A stretch of 64,000 nt of DNA from the NCBI GenBank assembly GCA_965247115.1, contig CBDFGR010000003.1, positions 451,867 through 515,866 of the forward strand, read 5' to 3'. The DNA is from Myxococcota bacterium (lineage in GTDB: Bacteria > Myxococcota_A > UBA9160 > SZUA-336). Within the stretch, counting starts at the first letter, position 1, and each line of letters starts with the position of its first letter. The notes under the pieces are model-generated. The model did no database searches. It saw nothing but the letters and a program-made list of their open reading frames with translations, and had not been told where the DNA came from. Made by a program: the position numbers and the translations under genes. This document shows, in pieces, positions 1 to 10,021 of the stretch.

Positions 1-1325
1 TCGAGCTCGAGCGCTCGCCGGGCGTGGCGTCCGGCACGCTCGATCAGCTCCGGATCGAGGCTCCACAGCAGGCCGTACTCGAGGAAGTAGGTCATTCCGA
101 GCGCGGCATGGGCCTCCGCGTAGTCGGGATCGAGCTCAACCGCGCGCTGAAACAGCGCGCGGGCCCGCGCGTTCGCGTCGGGCGTGAAGTGCTGGATCTC
201 GAAGGAGCCCTGCAGGGAGGCATCGTAGGCGGTCAGATCCTCCGTCGGCTTGCGCCGCACACGTTCGAGCTCGGCTTCCAGGATCTCGACCCGGAGCGCG
301 CGCTGGATGGACTCTGCGATCTCGGACTGCACCGCAAAGATGTCGGCCAGGTCGCGGTCGTACTGCTCGTTCCAGAGCTGGAAGTCGCTGGTCGCGTCGA
401 TCAGCTGGGCCGCGATGCGCACGCGGTCCTCGGCCCTGCGCACACTCCCCTCGATCACGTAGCGCACTCCGAGCTCGCGGCTCACATCTCCAAGCCGCAC
501 GCTACGACCCTTGTAGCTGAAGGCGGAGCTGCGCGAGATCACGAAGAGACCCGGATTGCGCGCGAAGGCGGCCGTCAGCTCCTCCGTGATCCCGTCGCTG
601 AAGTAGTCCTGGGCGGGGTCGGCGCTCATGTTCGCAAAAGGCAGTACGACCAGTGAGGGGCGGTCCGGCAGCGGTGGCTCGACTGGAGGACCCAGTACCC
701 CTGCCCGGTCGAGCGCGTAGGCGAGGGGTCGCGGCCAGCTCGCCCAGAGCCCGAGCGCAAAGACCAGGAGGATGGCCGCCGCGCCGATCAGGGAGGAACG
801 CCGTCGCCGCTGGCTGGAGTCAGCGCGAGTCTGGTTCTCGCTCCGCCCGGGCGCAGTCGCGGCGCCGCTCACCGCGTAGGCGCTCACCGGGCGCCCCACG
901 TTCTTCAGCTCCCTCTCTCCCAGAGACTGGGTGTGGATACCCGGCTGGTTGCGGATCGACTGCTGCACCTCCTGCGTGACCACCACTCCGCCCGGTTCGG
1001 CCAGAGGGCGAACGCGCGCCGCGAGGTTTACACCATCTCCGCGCACTTCTCCGTTGGCGAACACGACGTCGCCGGAGTGCACACCGATCCGAACGCGAAG
1101 CTCGGAGTCATCCTGCAGCGCCTCCTGCACCGCGAGCGCACAGTTCACGGCAGCCAGCGCACTCTCGAAGGTGGATAGAGTCTCGTCGCCGGGCGCCTCG
1201 ATGCTGTCGCCCTCGTAGCGTTCGACAAGCGCACCGACGACCTGGCGGTGGCGCTCGCGCACGCGGACTCCGAGCGCCTCGTCCTCCGCCATGAGGGCCG
1301 TGTAGCCCACGATGTCAGTGAACAT
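1..1325 (-). CDS. Class III adenylate/guanylate cyclase (CHD domain at N-terminus, then a TolB-N-like region and a TPR-like C-terminal region). The 3' end runs off the window.
   Basis: The reverse complement of 1291-1325 reads MFTDIVGYTALM; 1021-1080 reads HSGDVVFANGEVRGDGVNLA (the GDxVNLAxR cyclase motif). Further downstream on the minus strand, the reverse complement of about 70 bases ending near 250 gives the TPR-like stretch RKPTEDLTAYDASLQGSFEIQHFT. The track lacks this ORF only because its stop lies beyond position 1. Confidence 0.7.
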   Translation of the reverse strand, partial: MFTDIVGYTALMAEDEALGVRVRERHRQVVGALVERYEGDSIEAPGDETLSTFESALAAVNCALAVQEALQDDSELRVRIGVHSGDVVFANGEVRGDGVNLAARVRPLAEPGGVVVTQEVQQSIRNQPGIHTQSLGERELKNVGRPVSAYAVSGAATAPGRSENQTRADSSQRRRRSSLIGAAAILLVFALGLWASWPRPLAYALDRAGVLGPPVEPPLPDRPSLVVLPFANMSADPAQDYFSDGITEELTAAFARNPGLFVISRSSAFSYKGRSVRLGDVSRELGVRYVIEGSVRRAEDRVRIAAQLIDATSDFQLWNEQYDRDLADIFAVQSEIAESIQRALRVEILEAELERVRRKPTEDLTAYDASLQGSFEIQHFTPDANARARALFQRAVELDPDYAEAHAALGMTYFLEYGLLWSLDPELIERAGRHARRALEL

Positions 1326-1448
1326 GACTGCGGCGAGTCTTCGCCTGTCCCTATCTCCGCTCACTCATGTTTCCTGGCTTGAGCTCGGCGGGAGGATCCA
1401 GACGAACTTCAACCGGCATGCTCGGGCCCTCCTGAAAGGTCCGATTCT

Positions 1449-3041
1449 ATGCGCGTTGCCCTGGGGCTGCTCGCCGGCAGAGCTGGCTCCTCGCGCAGCA
1501 GGGTTCCGAGAGCGGGCGGAGCTGGCCGCGCCAGACGTCGATGTCGCGGGGAAGGCGAGCTTATCGCCCCCGGACGCGCTTCACTTCCCTGCACAGTGCG
1601 TACGTTTGCAGTCGCTCTCTGCCTCGGCCTCATGGCGACGGGAGCCGCCGCCGCGATCGAGCTCGAGGACTGCCAGGTGTCCGGTCCGGGCGGGTTCGGC
1701 CGCCTGGCCGCCCGCTGCGGCACGCTGGAGGTCCCTCTGAACCCAGCCGAGCCGGAGGGTCAGAAGATCGGGCTCTTCGTCGCCGTGGTTCCGGCGCTCT
1801 CCAAGGTCCCCGAGCCGGACGCATTCACCGTGATCGCGGGCGGGCCCGGCCAGGCGTCGACCGAGTTCTACGTGGGTGTGGCCGGCAGCTTCGAGCGGAT
1901 CCGGCGCGAACGCGACATCGTCCTGGTCGACCAGCGCGGGACCGGTCAGTCCAACGCGCTCGAGTGTTCCTCGGAATCGGCAGGCCTGGACGCCTCGAGC
2001 CCTGAGCGAGTTCGCGAGGAGACGGCGCGCTGTCTGGAGCAGCTTCCAAGCGACCCGCGCTACTACACGAGCAGCGTGGCCGTGCGCGACCTGGAGCTGG
2101 TCCGAGCTGCGCTCGGCTACAACAGCTGGAACCTGTACGGGATCTCGTACGGCACGCGCGTCGCCCTTCACTACCTGCGCCGCTACCCGGAGACGACCCG
2201 CAGCGTGGTGCTCGACGGTGTGGTGCCCGCCGACACCGTCCTTGGACCGCACATCGCGCCCGACGCACAGGCCGCGCTCGACGCCATCTTCGCGCGCTGC
2301 GCTGCAGATCCCGGCTGCAGTGCGCGCTTCCCCGAGCTTCCAAGTGCCTTTCGGGAGCTGCTGGAAGAGCTGCGCGAACGGCCCGTGCCCCTGAACGTCG
2401 CGGACCCCCTGGACGACACGCCCATCGAGCTGCTGTTTGGCGTGGAGCAGCTCGGGCTGGCCGTCCGCCTGCTCAGCTACGCGTCCGAGACCGCATCGCT
2501 CCTCCCCATCCTGATCTGGGAGGGTCGGGCGGGGAACCTGGAACGACTGGCCCTGCAGGCACTCCTGGTGGCACGCAGCCTCGACGAGAGCATGAGTGGC
2601 GGGATGCACAACGCGATCGTCTGCACCGAGGACGCCCCTTTCTACAACGGCCGAACCGTCGACCGGGAAGCACTCGAGCGTAGCTACCTTGGCGCAGTGG
2701 CGTACGATCTGCTGATCGAGCTCTGTGCGCTCTGGCCGCGCGGAGTCATCGACGCGGGATTCAAGGAACCAGTGGTGTCGGAGCGGCCGGTGCTGCTGCT
2801 CTCCGGAGAGAACGATCCGATCACCCCGCCGGCGAGCGCCGAGCAGGCGGCCGCCACGCTTTCGAACAGCCTCCACATCGTAGGACCGGGGCAAGGGCAC
2901 GGGATGGCGCCGCGGGGCTGCCTCTCTCGACTCATCGCGGAGTTCGTCGAAGCAGGAAGTCCGACCGAGCTCGACCCGTCGTGCGCCGCCGTCCTACGGG
3001 CGACACCGTTCTTCGTACGCCGGACGGGACCGGAGCCCTGA
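1449..3041 (+). CDS. Secreted alpha/beta-hydrolase of the S33/TAP-like prolyl aminopeptidase family.
   Basis: GISYGTRVA nucleophile elbow (GxSxG) and a VLVDQRGTGQS-type motif. The signal-peptide-like segment VRTFAVALCLGLMATGAAAA suggests the true start lies near 1590-1600, inside the longer 1449 ORF. Confidence 0.65.
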   Translation: MRVALGLLAGRAGSSRSRVPRAGGAGRARRRCRGEGELIAPGRASLPCTVRTFAVALCLGLMATGAAAAIELEDCQVSGPGGFGRLAARCGTLEVPLNPAEPEGQKIGLFVAVVPALSKVPEPDAFTVIAGGPGQASTEFYVGVAGSFERIRRERDIVLVDQRGTGQSNALECSSESAGLDASSPERVREETARCLEQLPSDPRYYTSSVAVRDLELVRAALGYNSWNLYGISYGTRVALHYLRRYPETTRSVVLDGVVPADTVLGPHIAPDAQAALDAIFARCAADPGCSARFPELPSAFRELLEELRERPVPLNVADPLDDTPIELLFGVEQLGLAVRLLSYASETASLLPILIWEGRAGNLERLALQALLVARSLDESMSGGMHNAIVCTEDAPFYNGRTVDREALERSYLGAVAYDLLIELCALWPRGVIDAGFKEPVVSERPVLLLSGENDPITPPASAEQAAATLSNSLHIVGPGQGHGMAPRGCLSRLIAEFVEAGSPTELDPSCAAVLRATPFFVRRTGPEP

Positions 3042-3042
3042 G

Positions 3043-3777
3043 ATGATCGAGGTGCGCGAGCTCGGCAAGTCCTTCGGGACGGTCCAGGCCGTGGCCGACG
3101 TGAGCTTTCGAGCCGACGACGGTCGCATCACGGGACTGCTTGGGCCCAACGGCGCGGGCAAGTCGACGACGCTCCGCATCTTGTGCTCCGTGCTGAAGCC
3201 GGACCGGGGCTCCGCGCTCATCGACGGTCAGGATGTGGTCACGCACGCGCTCGAGGCCCGTCGCCTGCTCGGCGTGCTGCCCGACTCCTCCGGGCTCTAT
3301 CCGCGGCTCTCCGCACGCGAGAACATCCGCTACTACGGAGAGCTCCACGGGCTGCGTGGGCGGGCACTCGAACAGGAGGTGGCCGACCTGATCCGCCTGC
3401 TCGAGATCGAACCGTTCGCCGACCGCCGCGCCAAGGGCTTCTCGCACGGGGAGCGGCTCAAGGTGGCGCTGGCGAGAGCACTCATTCACGCGCCCCGAAA
3501 CGTGGTGCTGGATGAGCCGACCAACGGTCTGGACGTGATGGCCACCCGCTCTCTTCGGACCCTGATCCGTCGGTTGCGCGACGAGGGCAAATGCGTGCTG
3601 TTCTCGAGCCACGTGATGCAAGAGGTCGCCGCGCTCTGCGACGAGATCGTGGTCATCGCGCACGGGCGGGTGGTCACCCACGGAAGCCCTGACCAGCTGC
3701 GCAGCCAGATGGGCACGGCCGATCTCGAGGATGCGTTCGTGAGGGCCATCGGCAGCGAAGAGGGGCTGGCCCGCTGA
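3043..3777 (+). CDS. ABC transporter ATP-binding protein (NatA-like).
   Basis: Walker A GPNGAGKST, signature FSHGERLKVALARAL, Walker B VVLDEPTNGLD. It is translationally coupled to the permease downstream. Confidence 0.9.
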   Translation: MIEVRELGKSFGTVQAVADVSFRADDGRITGLLGPNGAGKSTTLRILCSVLKPDRGSALIDGQDVVTHALEARRLLGVLPDSSGLYPRLSARENIRYYGELHGLRGRALEQEVADLIRLLEIEPFADRRAKGFSHGERLKVALARALIHAPRNVVLDEPTNGLDVMATRSLRTLIRRLRDEGKCVLFSSHVMQEVAALCDEIVVIAHGRVVTHGSPDQLRSQMGTADLEDAFVRAIGSEEGLAR

Positions 3778-4946
3778 TGGGCTCCATCCTCGCGGTGTTC
3801 CGCAAGGAGGTCGTCGACAACTTCCGCGATCGCCGCACCTTGCTGACGGCCCTGCTGCTGGGTCCGCTGCTGGGACCGGCGCTCTTCGCGTTCCTGATCA
3901 CGGCCGTGCTGCGGCAGAACGTGGCAGAGCTCGACCTTGCGCTCGAGCTGCCCGTCGTCGGGGCCGAGCGGGCACCGAACCTGATTCAGTTCCTGCGCGA
4001 GCAGAACGTGGAGATTCTGGGTCCACTCGCCGACCCCGAGGCCGCGGTCAGTGCCGGCGAACACGACGTGGTGCTCGTGATCCCGGCGAACTTCGCGGCC
4101 GCGTTCCGCGCCGGCACTCCCGCGCCGCTGCGGCTGGTAATGGACCGCTCGAACCAGAGCGCGGCCAGGGACGTCGCCCGCGCGCGCGCCCTGCTGGGTG
4201 GCTACAGCCGGCAGCTGGCACTCCTGAAGCTTCAGCTGCGCGGTGTGAGCCCGCTGGCCCTGTCCCCGCTGGTCGTCGAGGAGGCCGACGTCTCTACTCC
4301 ATCGGGGCGTTCCGCTGTGCTGTTAGGGATGGTGCCCTACTTCGTGCTCTTCTCGATCCTGATGGGTTGCTTCAACATCGCCATCGACACCACGGCGGGC
4401 GAACGGGAGCGCGGCTCGCTGGAGGCCCTTCTCACGCTGCCCGTGGGCCGTTCGGAGCTGGCCCTCGGCAAGCTCGCGGCCAGCTGCCTGTACTCGATCC
4501 TGTCGCTCCTGCTCGCAATCCTGGCCTTCGGGATCAGCATCTCCTTCATCCCGCTCGAGGACGTGGGTATGACGGCGAACTTCGGCCCGGTGGTGATGCT
4601 GAGAGTGCTCGGCGTCGCCCTCCCGTTCGTGCTGCTGGCCGCGAGCCTGCTCACGCTGATCGCCTCCTTCACGCGCAGCTTCAAGGAGGCCCAGTCCTAT
4701 CTCTCGCTCGTGCTCCTGGTCCCGATGATTCCATTCATCGCGTCCACACTCGCCCCGATCCAGCCGAGCCTCACCTTGATGGGATTTCCAGTCCTGAGTC
4801 AGCACCTGCTGATCACGGAGCTGATGAAGGACGACCCGGTAGCGCTGTCGGCGATCCTCGCCTCGATCGCGGGCACGCTCGCCGCGGGCGGAATCGTGGC
4901 CTGGGCGACGACGCGCCTCTACCGGCGCGAAGGTCTGCTCGGATAG
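3777..4946 (+). CDS. ABC-2 type permease (NatB-like).
   Basis: Start overlaps the ATPase stop (ATGA). There is one N-terminal TM helix, then a periplasmic region and multiple C-terminal TM helices typical of the ABC-2/NatB family. Confidence 0.8.
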   Translation: MGSILAVFRKEVVDNFRDRRTLLTALLLGPLLGPALFAFLITAVLRQNVAELDLALELPVVGAERAPNLIQFLREQNVEILGPLADPEAAVSAGEHDVVLVIPANFAAAFRAGTPAPLRLVMDRSNQSAARDVARARALLGGYSRQLALLKLQLRGVSPLALSPLVVEEADVSTPSGRSAVLLGMVPYFVLFSILMGCFNIAIDTTAGERERGSLEALLTLPVGRSELALGKLAASCLYSILSLLLAILAFGISISFIPLEDVGMTANFGPVVMLRVLGVALPFVLLAASLLTLIASFTRSFKEAQSYLSLVLLVPMIPFIASTLAPIQPSLTLMGFPVLSQHLLITELMKDDPVALSAILASIAGTLAAGGIVAWATTRLYRREGLLG

Positions 4947-5168
4947 GCTCCGAGCTCGCAGGTCTCTAGCGGCATGGTCCACGCTCGCGCGGCCGCACCA
5001 GCGGGGCGCAAATCCGCGTCCTGTAAGGCGATATCCCGCCGGCTGAGCTCTCGCCGTGCTTGAATTCCAGGGCACTCCGAGGCGAAAATAAAGCTTGATC
5101 TCCGGTGACACCCGGGAGCAGACTGCTTCGGGAACTTCTCCCACTGGAAGGGGAATGGAGGGATCACC
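4947..5168 (+). promoter_or_regulatory. Long 5' leader of the TonB-dependent receptor gene; possible riboswitch-like element (see findings).
   Basis: A 222-nt non-coding gap containing CCGGTGACACCCGGG...CTGCTTCGGGAACT...CCCACTGGAAGGGGAA, followed by GGAGGG and the ATG. Confidence 0.2.
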
Positions 5169-7643
5169 ATGCTAGTAAATCTACTGAGAACACTTGCGAA
5201 CATTTTCGCGGTGCTCGCGTTGAGTTTCGGCACAGGCTCCTGGGCCCTGGCCGACGACGAGCCGATGGAAGGGGAGGCTGCCGAGGTCGCGCCTGCAGAG
5301 GAGGCGGCGGCTCCGGAGCCCGCGCCGCGGTACGCCGGCGGCATCGAGGAGATCACGGTCACCGCCACCAAGCGCGAGGCGAACATCCAGGACGTGCCGA
5401 TTGCGATCAGCGCGTTCACCGGTGATGACCTGCAACGCCGCGGTATCCAGGAGCTCGAGGCCCTGCAACAGGTGGCTCCCAGCCTCATCGCCTACACGAG
5501 CAACAGCGAGTCGAACGGCGGCACCCTGCGGATTCGAGGGATGGGGACGACCGGAAACAATGCGGGCCTGGAGGCGGCCGTCGGGACCTTCATCGACGGC
5601 GTCTATCGCAGCCGCTCGGGCCAGGCCTTCTCGGAGCTGCTCGACATCGAGCGCGTGGAGATCTTGCGCGGACCCCAGGGAACGCTGTTCGGGAAGAACA
5701 CGTCCGCCGGAGCCGTGCACATCCTCACCGCGAAGCCCGAGTTCGACTTCAACGGACGCGCGTCGTACACGATCGGAGACTACAACTACGACAAGGGCAC
5801 GCTCGGCGTGACCGGACCCCTGATCGAGGAGACGCTGGCCTACCGCCTTGCGGCGATGTTCTCCCAGCGCGAGGGCTACTACAACGACATCGCATCGAGC
5901 GACAAGTTCTCGGACCGCGATCGCTGGTCGATCAAGGGACAGCTGCTGTGGACGCCCACCGACACGATGGACGTGCGCCTCATCTATGACTACACGGATC
6001 GCGACGAGAGCTGCTGCCCGGCCATCTTCAAGGACCATGGGCCGACCACGCCAGTTGTGGAACTACTTGGCGGGTACACGGGGCCGAGTGACCCCTCGAG
6101 CCTCGACGTCGGCGTGAACGGAGACCCCTTCGAGAAGGTGACAGATCAGGGCCTCTCTCTGGAGCTCAACTGGGATCTCGGGCCCGACATGACGCTGACG
6201 TCGGTAACGGCGTGGCGCGACTACCGGGTGAATCGGGGCCAGGACGTCGACTTCACGAGCGCGGATATCCTGTCGCTCCGCGACGAGAACGAGAAGTGGA
6301 AGAACTTCAGCACGGAGCTCCGACTCGTCGGCACGACCGGCCCGGTGGACTGGCTGGTCGGTGCCTACACGTACCAGGAGCGCTTCGATACCAGGCTGGC
6401 GACCCCGTTCGGATCAGTGGGTCCCAGCTATGTGGGGATTCTCCTCGAAGGGGCGAGCGCGGTGGAATCGTCCGTCGCTGAGGTAGCGGGGTTCCTGTTC
6501 CCTGGCGACTCCGGCGGCGCGCAGCGCTACGACCAGGATACCGAGGGGTTTTCGTTCTTCACCCACAATACCTGGCACATTACGGACCGGCTCTCCTTCA
6601 CCGCCGGCGGACGCTACTCGAAGGAGAAGAAGAAAGGAAAGTCCAGCGTCCAGAACGGCGATCTCGGGCTCGAGCCCCTGCCCCTCCCAGGGGGCCTCTC
6701 CAGCAACGAGTCGTGGTGCAATGGACTCGTGACGGTTGACGCTGTCGGTGGTCCGCTCCCGCTGCGGATCATCCCGGGCCTCGAGGCCCTCTGCGACAAT
6801 GCCGGTCACTTCGATAACACGACCGAGCGCGAGGTATCGGGCACCTTCAAGCTCGCATACCAGCTCACCGACGACGTCAGCACCTACGGGTCCTACTCCC
6901 GCGGCTACAAGGCCGGAGGCTTCAATCTCGACCCGAACGCCAATCAGCTGGTCACGAATCTCGCGACCGGGGCCACGCGCTATCAGGACGAGTCGAATTT
7001 CAAGCCCGAGTTCGCTGACGCCTACGAGGTCGGCCTGAAGGCGCAGCTGTTCGACAACAGGCTGACCGTGAACTCGGCCGTGTTCTACACACAGTTCGAG
7101 GACTTCCAGCTCAATACGTTCAAGGGGCTGTTCTTCACGGTCTCCAACCTGCCAGAGGTCACCTCCCGCGGGGTCGAGGTGGAGACGTTCTTCGAACTCG
7201 CACCAGGGGTCAGCGGCAGCCTTGGAGGGACCTACGCCATCACGCGCTACTCCAACGATGTAGGCGGGAATCCACCTCAGCTCTCAGGCCAGCGCATCAC
7301 CCACTCGCCGCGCTTCCAGGGCAGCGGATCGCTGCTGGTGGAGCAGCCCATACCGGGCACCTCGTTCATGGGCTTCCTGAGTACCTCGGTCTCCTTCCAG
7401 AGCGAGCACAACACGGGCTCCGATCTCGACCTGCAGAAGGACGAGCACGCCTCCTGGTTCGTGAACGCACAGGTAGGCGCACGCACGGACGACGAGCGCT
7501 ACGAGGTGGTCTTCTGGGTCACGAACCTGACCGACAAGTCCCGGAACTCGGTCGTGTTCGACTCGGTGTTCCAGGGCGGGAGCTACCACACGTTCGTAAC
7601 GCAGCCGCGCATGATGGGCGTGACGCTGACCACGCACTTCTAG
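5169..7643 (+). CDS. TonB-dependent outer-membrane receptor.
   Basis: Signal peptide; plug-domain start EEITVTATKRE; ~820 aa; C-terminal beta-barrel ending ...GVTLTTHF with a terminal aromatic residue. SD GGAGGG lies upstream. Confidence 0.9.
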   Translation: MLVNLLRTLANIFAVLALSFGTGSWALADDEPMEGEAAEVAPAEEAAAPEPAPRYAGGIEEITVTATKREANIQDVPIAISAFTGDDLQRRGIQELEALQQVAPSLIAYTSNSESNGGTLRIRGMGTTGNNAGLEAAVGTFIDGVYRSRSGQAFSELLDIERVEILRGPQGTLFGKNTSAGAVHILTAKPEFDFNGRASYTIGDYNYDKGTLGVTGPLIEETLAYRLAAMFSQREGYYNDIASSDKFSDRDRWSIKGQLLWTPTDTMDVRLIYDYTDRDESCCPAIFKDHGPTTPVVELLGGYTGPSDPSSLDVGVNGDPFEKVTDQGLSLELNWDLGPDMTLTSVTAWRDYRVNRGQDVDFTSADILSLRDENEKWKNFSTELRLVGTTGPVDWLVGAYTYQERFDTRLATPFGSVGPSYVGILLEGASAVESSVAEVAGFLFPGDSGGAQRYDQDTEGFSFFTHNTWHITDRLSFTAGGRYSKEKKKGKSSVQNGDLGLEPLPLPGGLSSNESWCNGLVTVDAVGGPLPLRIIPGLEALCDNAGHFDNTTEREVSGTFKLAYQLTDDVSTYGSYSRGYKAGGFNLDPNANQLVTNLATGATRYQDESNFKPEFADAYEVGLKAQLFDNRLTVNSAVFYTQFEDFQLNTFKGLFFTVSNLPEVTSRGVEVETFFELAPGVSGSLGGTYAITRYSNDVGGNPPQLSGQRITHSPRFQGSGSLLVEQPIPGTSFMGFLSTSVSFQSEHNTGSDLDLQKDEHASWFVNAQVGARTDDERYEVVFWVTNLTDKSRNSVVFDSVFQGGSYHTFVTQPRMMGVTLTTHF

Positions 7644-7660
7644 GCCAAGCTCTCCATGTT

Positions 7661-7688
7661 CCCCCGGGCGGGCCCACCCGCCCGGGGG
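7661..7688. terminator. GC-rich hairpin between convergent genes.
   Basis: CCCCCGGGCGGG-CCCA-CCCGCCCGGGGG perfect inverted repeat immediately after the TBDR stop. Confidence 0.4.
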
Positions 7689-7701
7689 ATCCGGCGTTCG
7701 C

Positions 7702-8205
7702 TCACTCCTCGGCGGCCTGGGACGGGATGCACTTGAGCACCTCCCACGAGCAGCGGCTGTCGGCGTTCACGCCGCTGTGACGGCGCCCGACGGCCCTGAA
7801 GTCGGCGACGACGCCGTTCTGTATCTCGAAGCTGAGGCGGCAGACCCCGTTGGCAGTGTCGGGCCGCTGGCGACCACTCGAGGTGGGGCGGCCCTGCGGA
7901 GCTGCATAGGGCACCGACAAGCCAGGTAGGCGATCACCGGCTGGGAGGCTGACCGAGGGCGGCCTCGGCATCCGGTCGACCCCGGCCAGGGCCGGGTCGA
8001 GCTGTTCCCCACGGGGCCGCGGCAAGGCCGCGTTGTAGACCCAGAGCTGGTGATTCTCGCTCCCCAGGGGAATCAAGCTCAGGGGTGGCCCCAGGCAATT
8101 GACGACGCTTCGCGCAGCGATCCCCACCACGCGGCTGCGAACCTCGTCCGCGCTGAGAGTGACACAGGCGATCAAGGAGGCGGCTAGGACAGCAGTCCGG
8201 AGCAT
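7702..8205 (-). CDS. Hypothetical secreted/lipoprotein with four Cys.
   Basis: Start chosen at MLRTAVLAASLIACVTLSA (signal peptide with lipobox-like LIAC). No recognisable domain. Confidence 0.4.
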   Translation of the reverse strand: MLRTAVLAASLIACVTLSADEVRSRVVGIAARSVVNCLGPPLSLIPLGSENHQLWVYNAALPRPRGEQLDPALAGVDRMPRPPSVSLPAGDRLPGLSVPYAAPQGRPTSSGRQRPDTANGVCRLSFEIQNGVVADFRAVGRRHSGVNADSRCSWEVLKCIPSQAAEE

Positions 8206-8286
8206 CGACACGGCTCGTCCTCTCGCCCACCAGACCACAGGCGCGGTATGGCGTCAACACTTTGGTCCGGGGAGTAAGCTGGCCGC

Positions 8287-9099
8287 GTGGGACTGGCGAG
8301 CCTTCCCTGGTACGACATGGCGGAGATCCGTTGGGCGCAGGACGTGCTCTGGGGCGCCATTGCTCGAGACCTGCGCGGGAGCGGCTGGCGGGAAGTCCCG
8401 GCAACTCTCGAACGCAGCCAGGCCTACACCGCGCAGTGGGTAGACACGGAGCTGCTGCTGAGCCAGGCCTGCGGCTACGACGTGCTGTACGGATTCGGGG
8501 ACGTGCTCAGGCTGGTCGCAACACCTCGCTTCGCGGCTCCCGGCTGCGACGGTCCGAACTACTCGAGCTACATCGTCGCGCGCGATCGCTCTCCCTACGA
8601 GAAGCTGGAAGACCTCCGAGGGGCACGGGCCGCGATCAACGCGCCAACCTCGCACTCCGGGGCCAACGCTCTGCGCCACCGAGTGGCCCCGCTGCAGCAG
8701 GAGGGGCGCTTCTTCGCCAGCGTTCGTACGAGCGGGAGCCACGAGCAGAGCCTTCGGCTCATCCGGGAGAACGCGGCCGACGTGACAGCCATCGACTGCG
8801 TCACGCATGCACTGCTCGCGAAACACAGACCCACCGCCATCGCCGGCATCCGGGTGCTCGAGAGCACAGCGCTCGTGCCTGCTCCTCCGTTCGTCACGGC
8901 TGCCGGGACGCCGGCTGGAGCTGTCGACGAGCTGCGCGAGGTGCTCCGTACTGCTCTGGGAGCTGCGGAGACCGAGGTCGCGCGCGATGCGTTGCTGCTC
9001 GAGGGCGTAGAGGAGCTTCCACTCCGCGCGTATCAGCCCATCGCAGCAATGAGGCAGGCGGCTGACGACCTGGGCTACACCGAGATTCCTTCCGCGTAG
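8287..9099 (+). CDS. PhnD/SsuA-like substrate-binding domain protein (COG3221 type) without a signal peptide.
   Basis: SLPWYDMAE...LLLSQACGYD pattern typical of cytoplasmic PhnD-like proteins. Coding-like composition, in contrast to the overlapping antisense ORFs. Confidence 0.5.
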   Translation: MGLASLPWYDMAEIRWAQDVLWGAIARDLRGSGWREVPATLERSQAYTAQWVDTELLLSQACGYDVLYGFGDVLRLVATPRFAAPGCDGPNYSSYIVARDRSPYEKLEDLRGARAAINAPTSHSGANALRHRVAPLQQEGRFFASVRTSGSHEQSLRLIRENAADVTAIDCVTHALLAKHRPTAIAGIRVLESTALVPAPPFVTAAGTPAGAVDELREVLRTALGAAETEVARDALLLEGVEELPLRAYQPIAAMRQAADDLGYTEIPSA

Positions 9100-9228
9100 C
9101 GCAAGGGGTGGATCCAATTCAATCCGCATCCTCGGGGCCTGCGCCCGAGGGTACGCAAAATGCCTACTCGTCTGTTCCTCGCTCTGATAGGGTCGGCTCC
9201 TTTCCCCCAACCGTCGAGGAGACCTCCA

Positions 9229-9921
9229 ATGCCCTTGATCCAACTTCTCCGCGTGTCCGTACACCCGCGCGGAGTTCAGAGCTACGAGAGACTCGTGCGC
9301 TACATCGCCGGGCGGGCGCGCGAGGATGCAGACACGTTCGGGTGGAGCACCCGCCAGGTCAACGGCGTCGAGGGTCAGCAGTACGTGTTCATCGCGCCGG
9401 CCGAGGGTTACGCCGAGCTCGCCGCCCGCGAGCCCATCGACGCCATGGTGCGGCGGCTGCTCGGTGAGGGCGACGGCAACGCCATCCTCGACGCACTCGC
9501 CGAGGGCATCGAGTCACAGAGCTTCAGCGTGTTGAGCCCCCGCGAGGACCTGAGCAATGCCCCACCACCCCTGGCTGCCCCTCCCCAGCTCGTCCACCAC
9601 ACGCTGGTCCACGTGCGCCCTGGCGGACAGGCCGCCTTCGAGGCGACGGTGGGCAAGGTCCTCGAGGCAGCGGCCAAGATCGGCGACAAGCGCCTGTTCC
9701 TGACGTCTCAGACGGTCATCGGGGACCTTGGCCAGTACAACATCGCCCAGCCCGTCGCGGATCCGGCCCAGCTGGACTCCCAGCTCACACCGCAGCAGCT
9801 GCTCGCCGAGGCCTTTGGCGAGCAGGAGGCCGGCGACATCATGGCAGCCGGACGGGAGCGCATGGAGAGCGTGGTCACCGCGCTGAGCGTCCTGCGTCCG
9901 GATCTCTCGGGTCAGGCCTGA
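9229..9921 (+). CDS. Hypothetical protein.
   Basis: ATG at 9229 preceded by GGAGAC; the upstream part of the 9160 ORF has junk composition. Confidence 0.4.
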   Translation: MPLIQLLRVSVHPRGVQSYERLVRYIAGRAREDADTFGWSTRQVNGVEGQQYVFIAPAEGYAELAAREPIDAMVRRLLGEGDGNAILDALAEGIESQSFSVLSPREDLSNAPPPLAAPPQLVHHTLVHVRPGGQAAFEATVGKVLEAAAKIGDKRLFLTSQTVIGDLGQYNIAQPVADPAQLDSQLTPQQLLAEAFGEQEAGDIMAAGRERMESVVTALSVLRPDLSGQA

Positions 9922-10021
9922 GCCGCTAGCGAGCCAAGCGGAGCGGCCGGTCGGGAGCGCCCCGGCCGGCCGCTTTCTGGTACAGACGTCCCGCAGCCCC
10001 GCCGAAGAGCGAGCTGTTGCC

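Noticed and set aside
1581-2900. 439-aa minus-strand ORF (with 1825..2343 and 2932..3681) opposite the hydrolase and ABC genes
   Set aside because: The plus-strand frames carry GxSxG and Walker motifs. The minus-strand frames are Arg-rich artefacts.
8254-9264. Overlapping ORFs 8254..9264(-) and 8262..9065(+) around the PhnD-like gene
   Set aside because: Only the 8287..9099 frame has family-like motifs and balanced composition. The others are Arg/Gly/Ala-rich.
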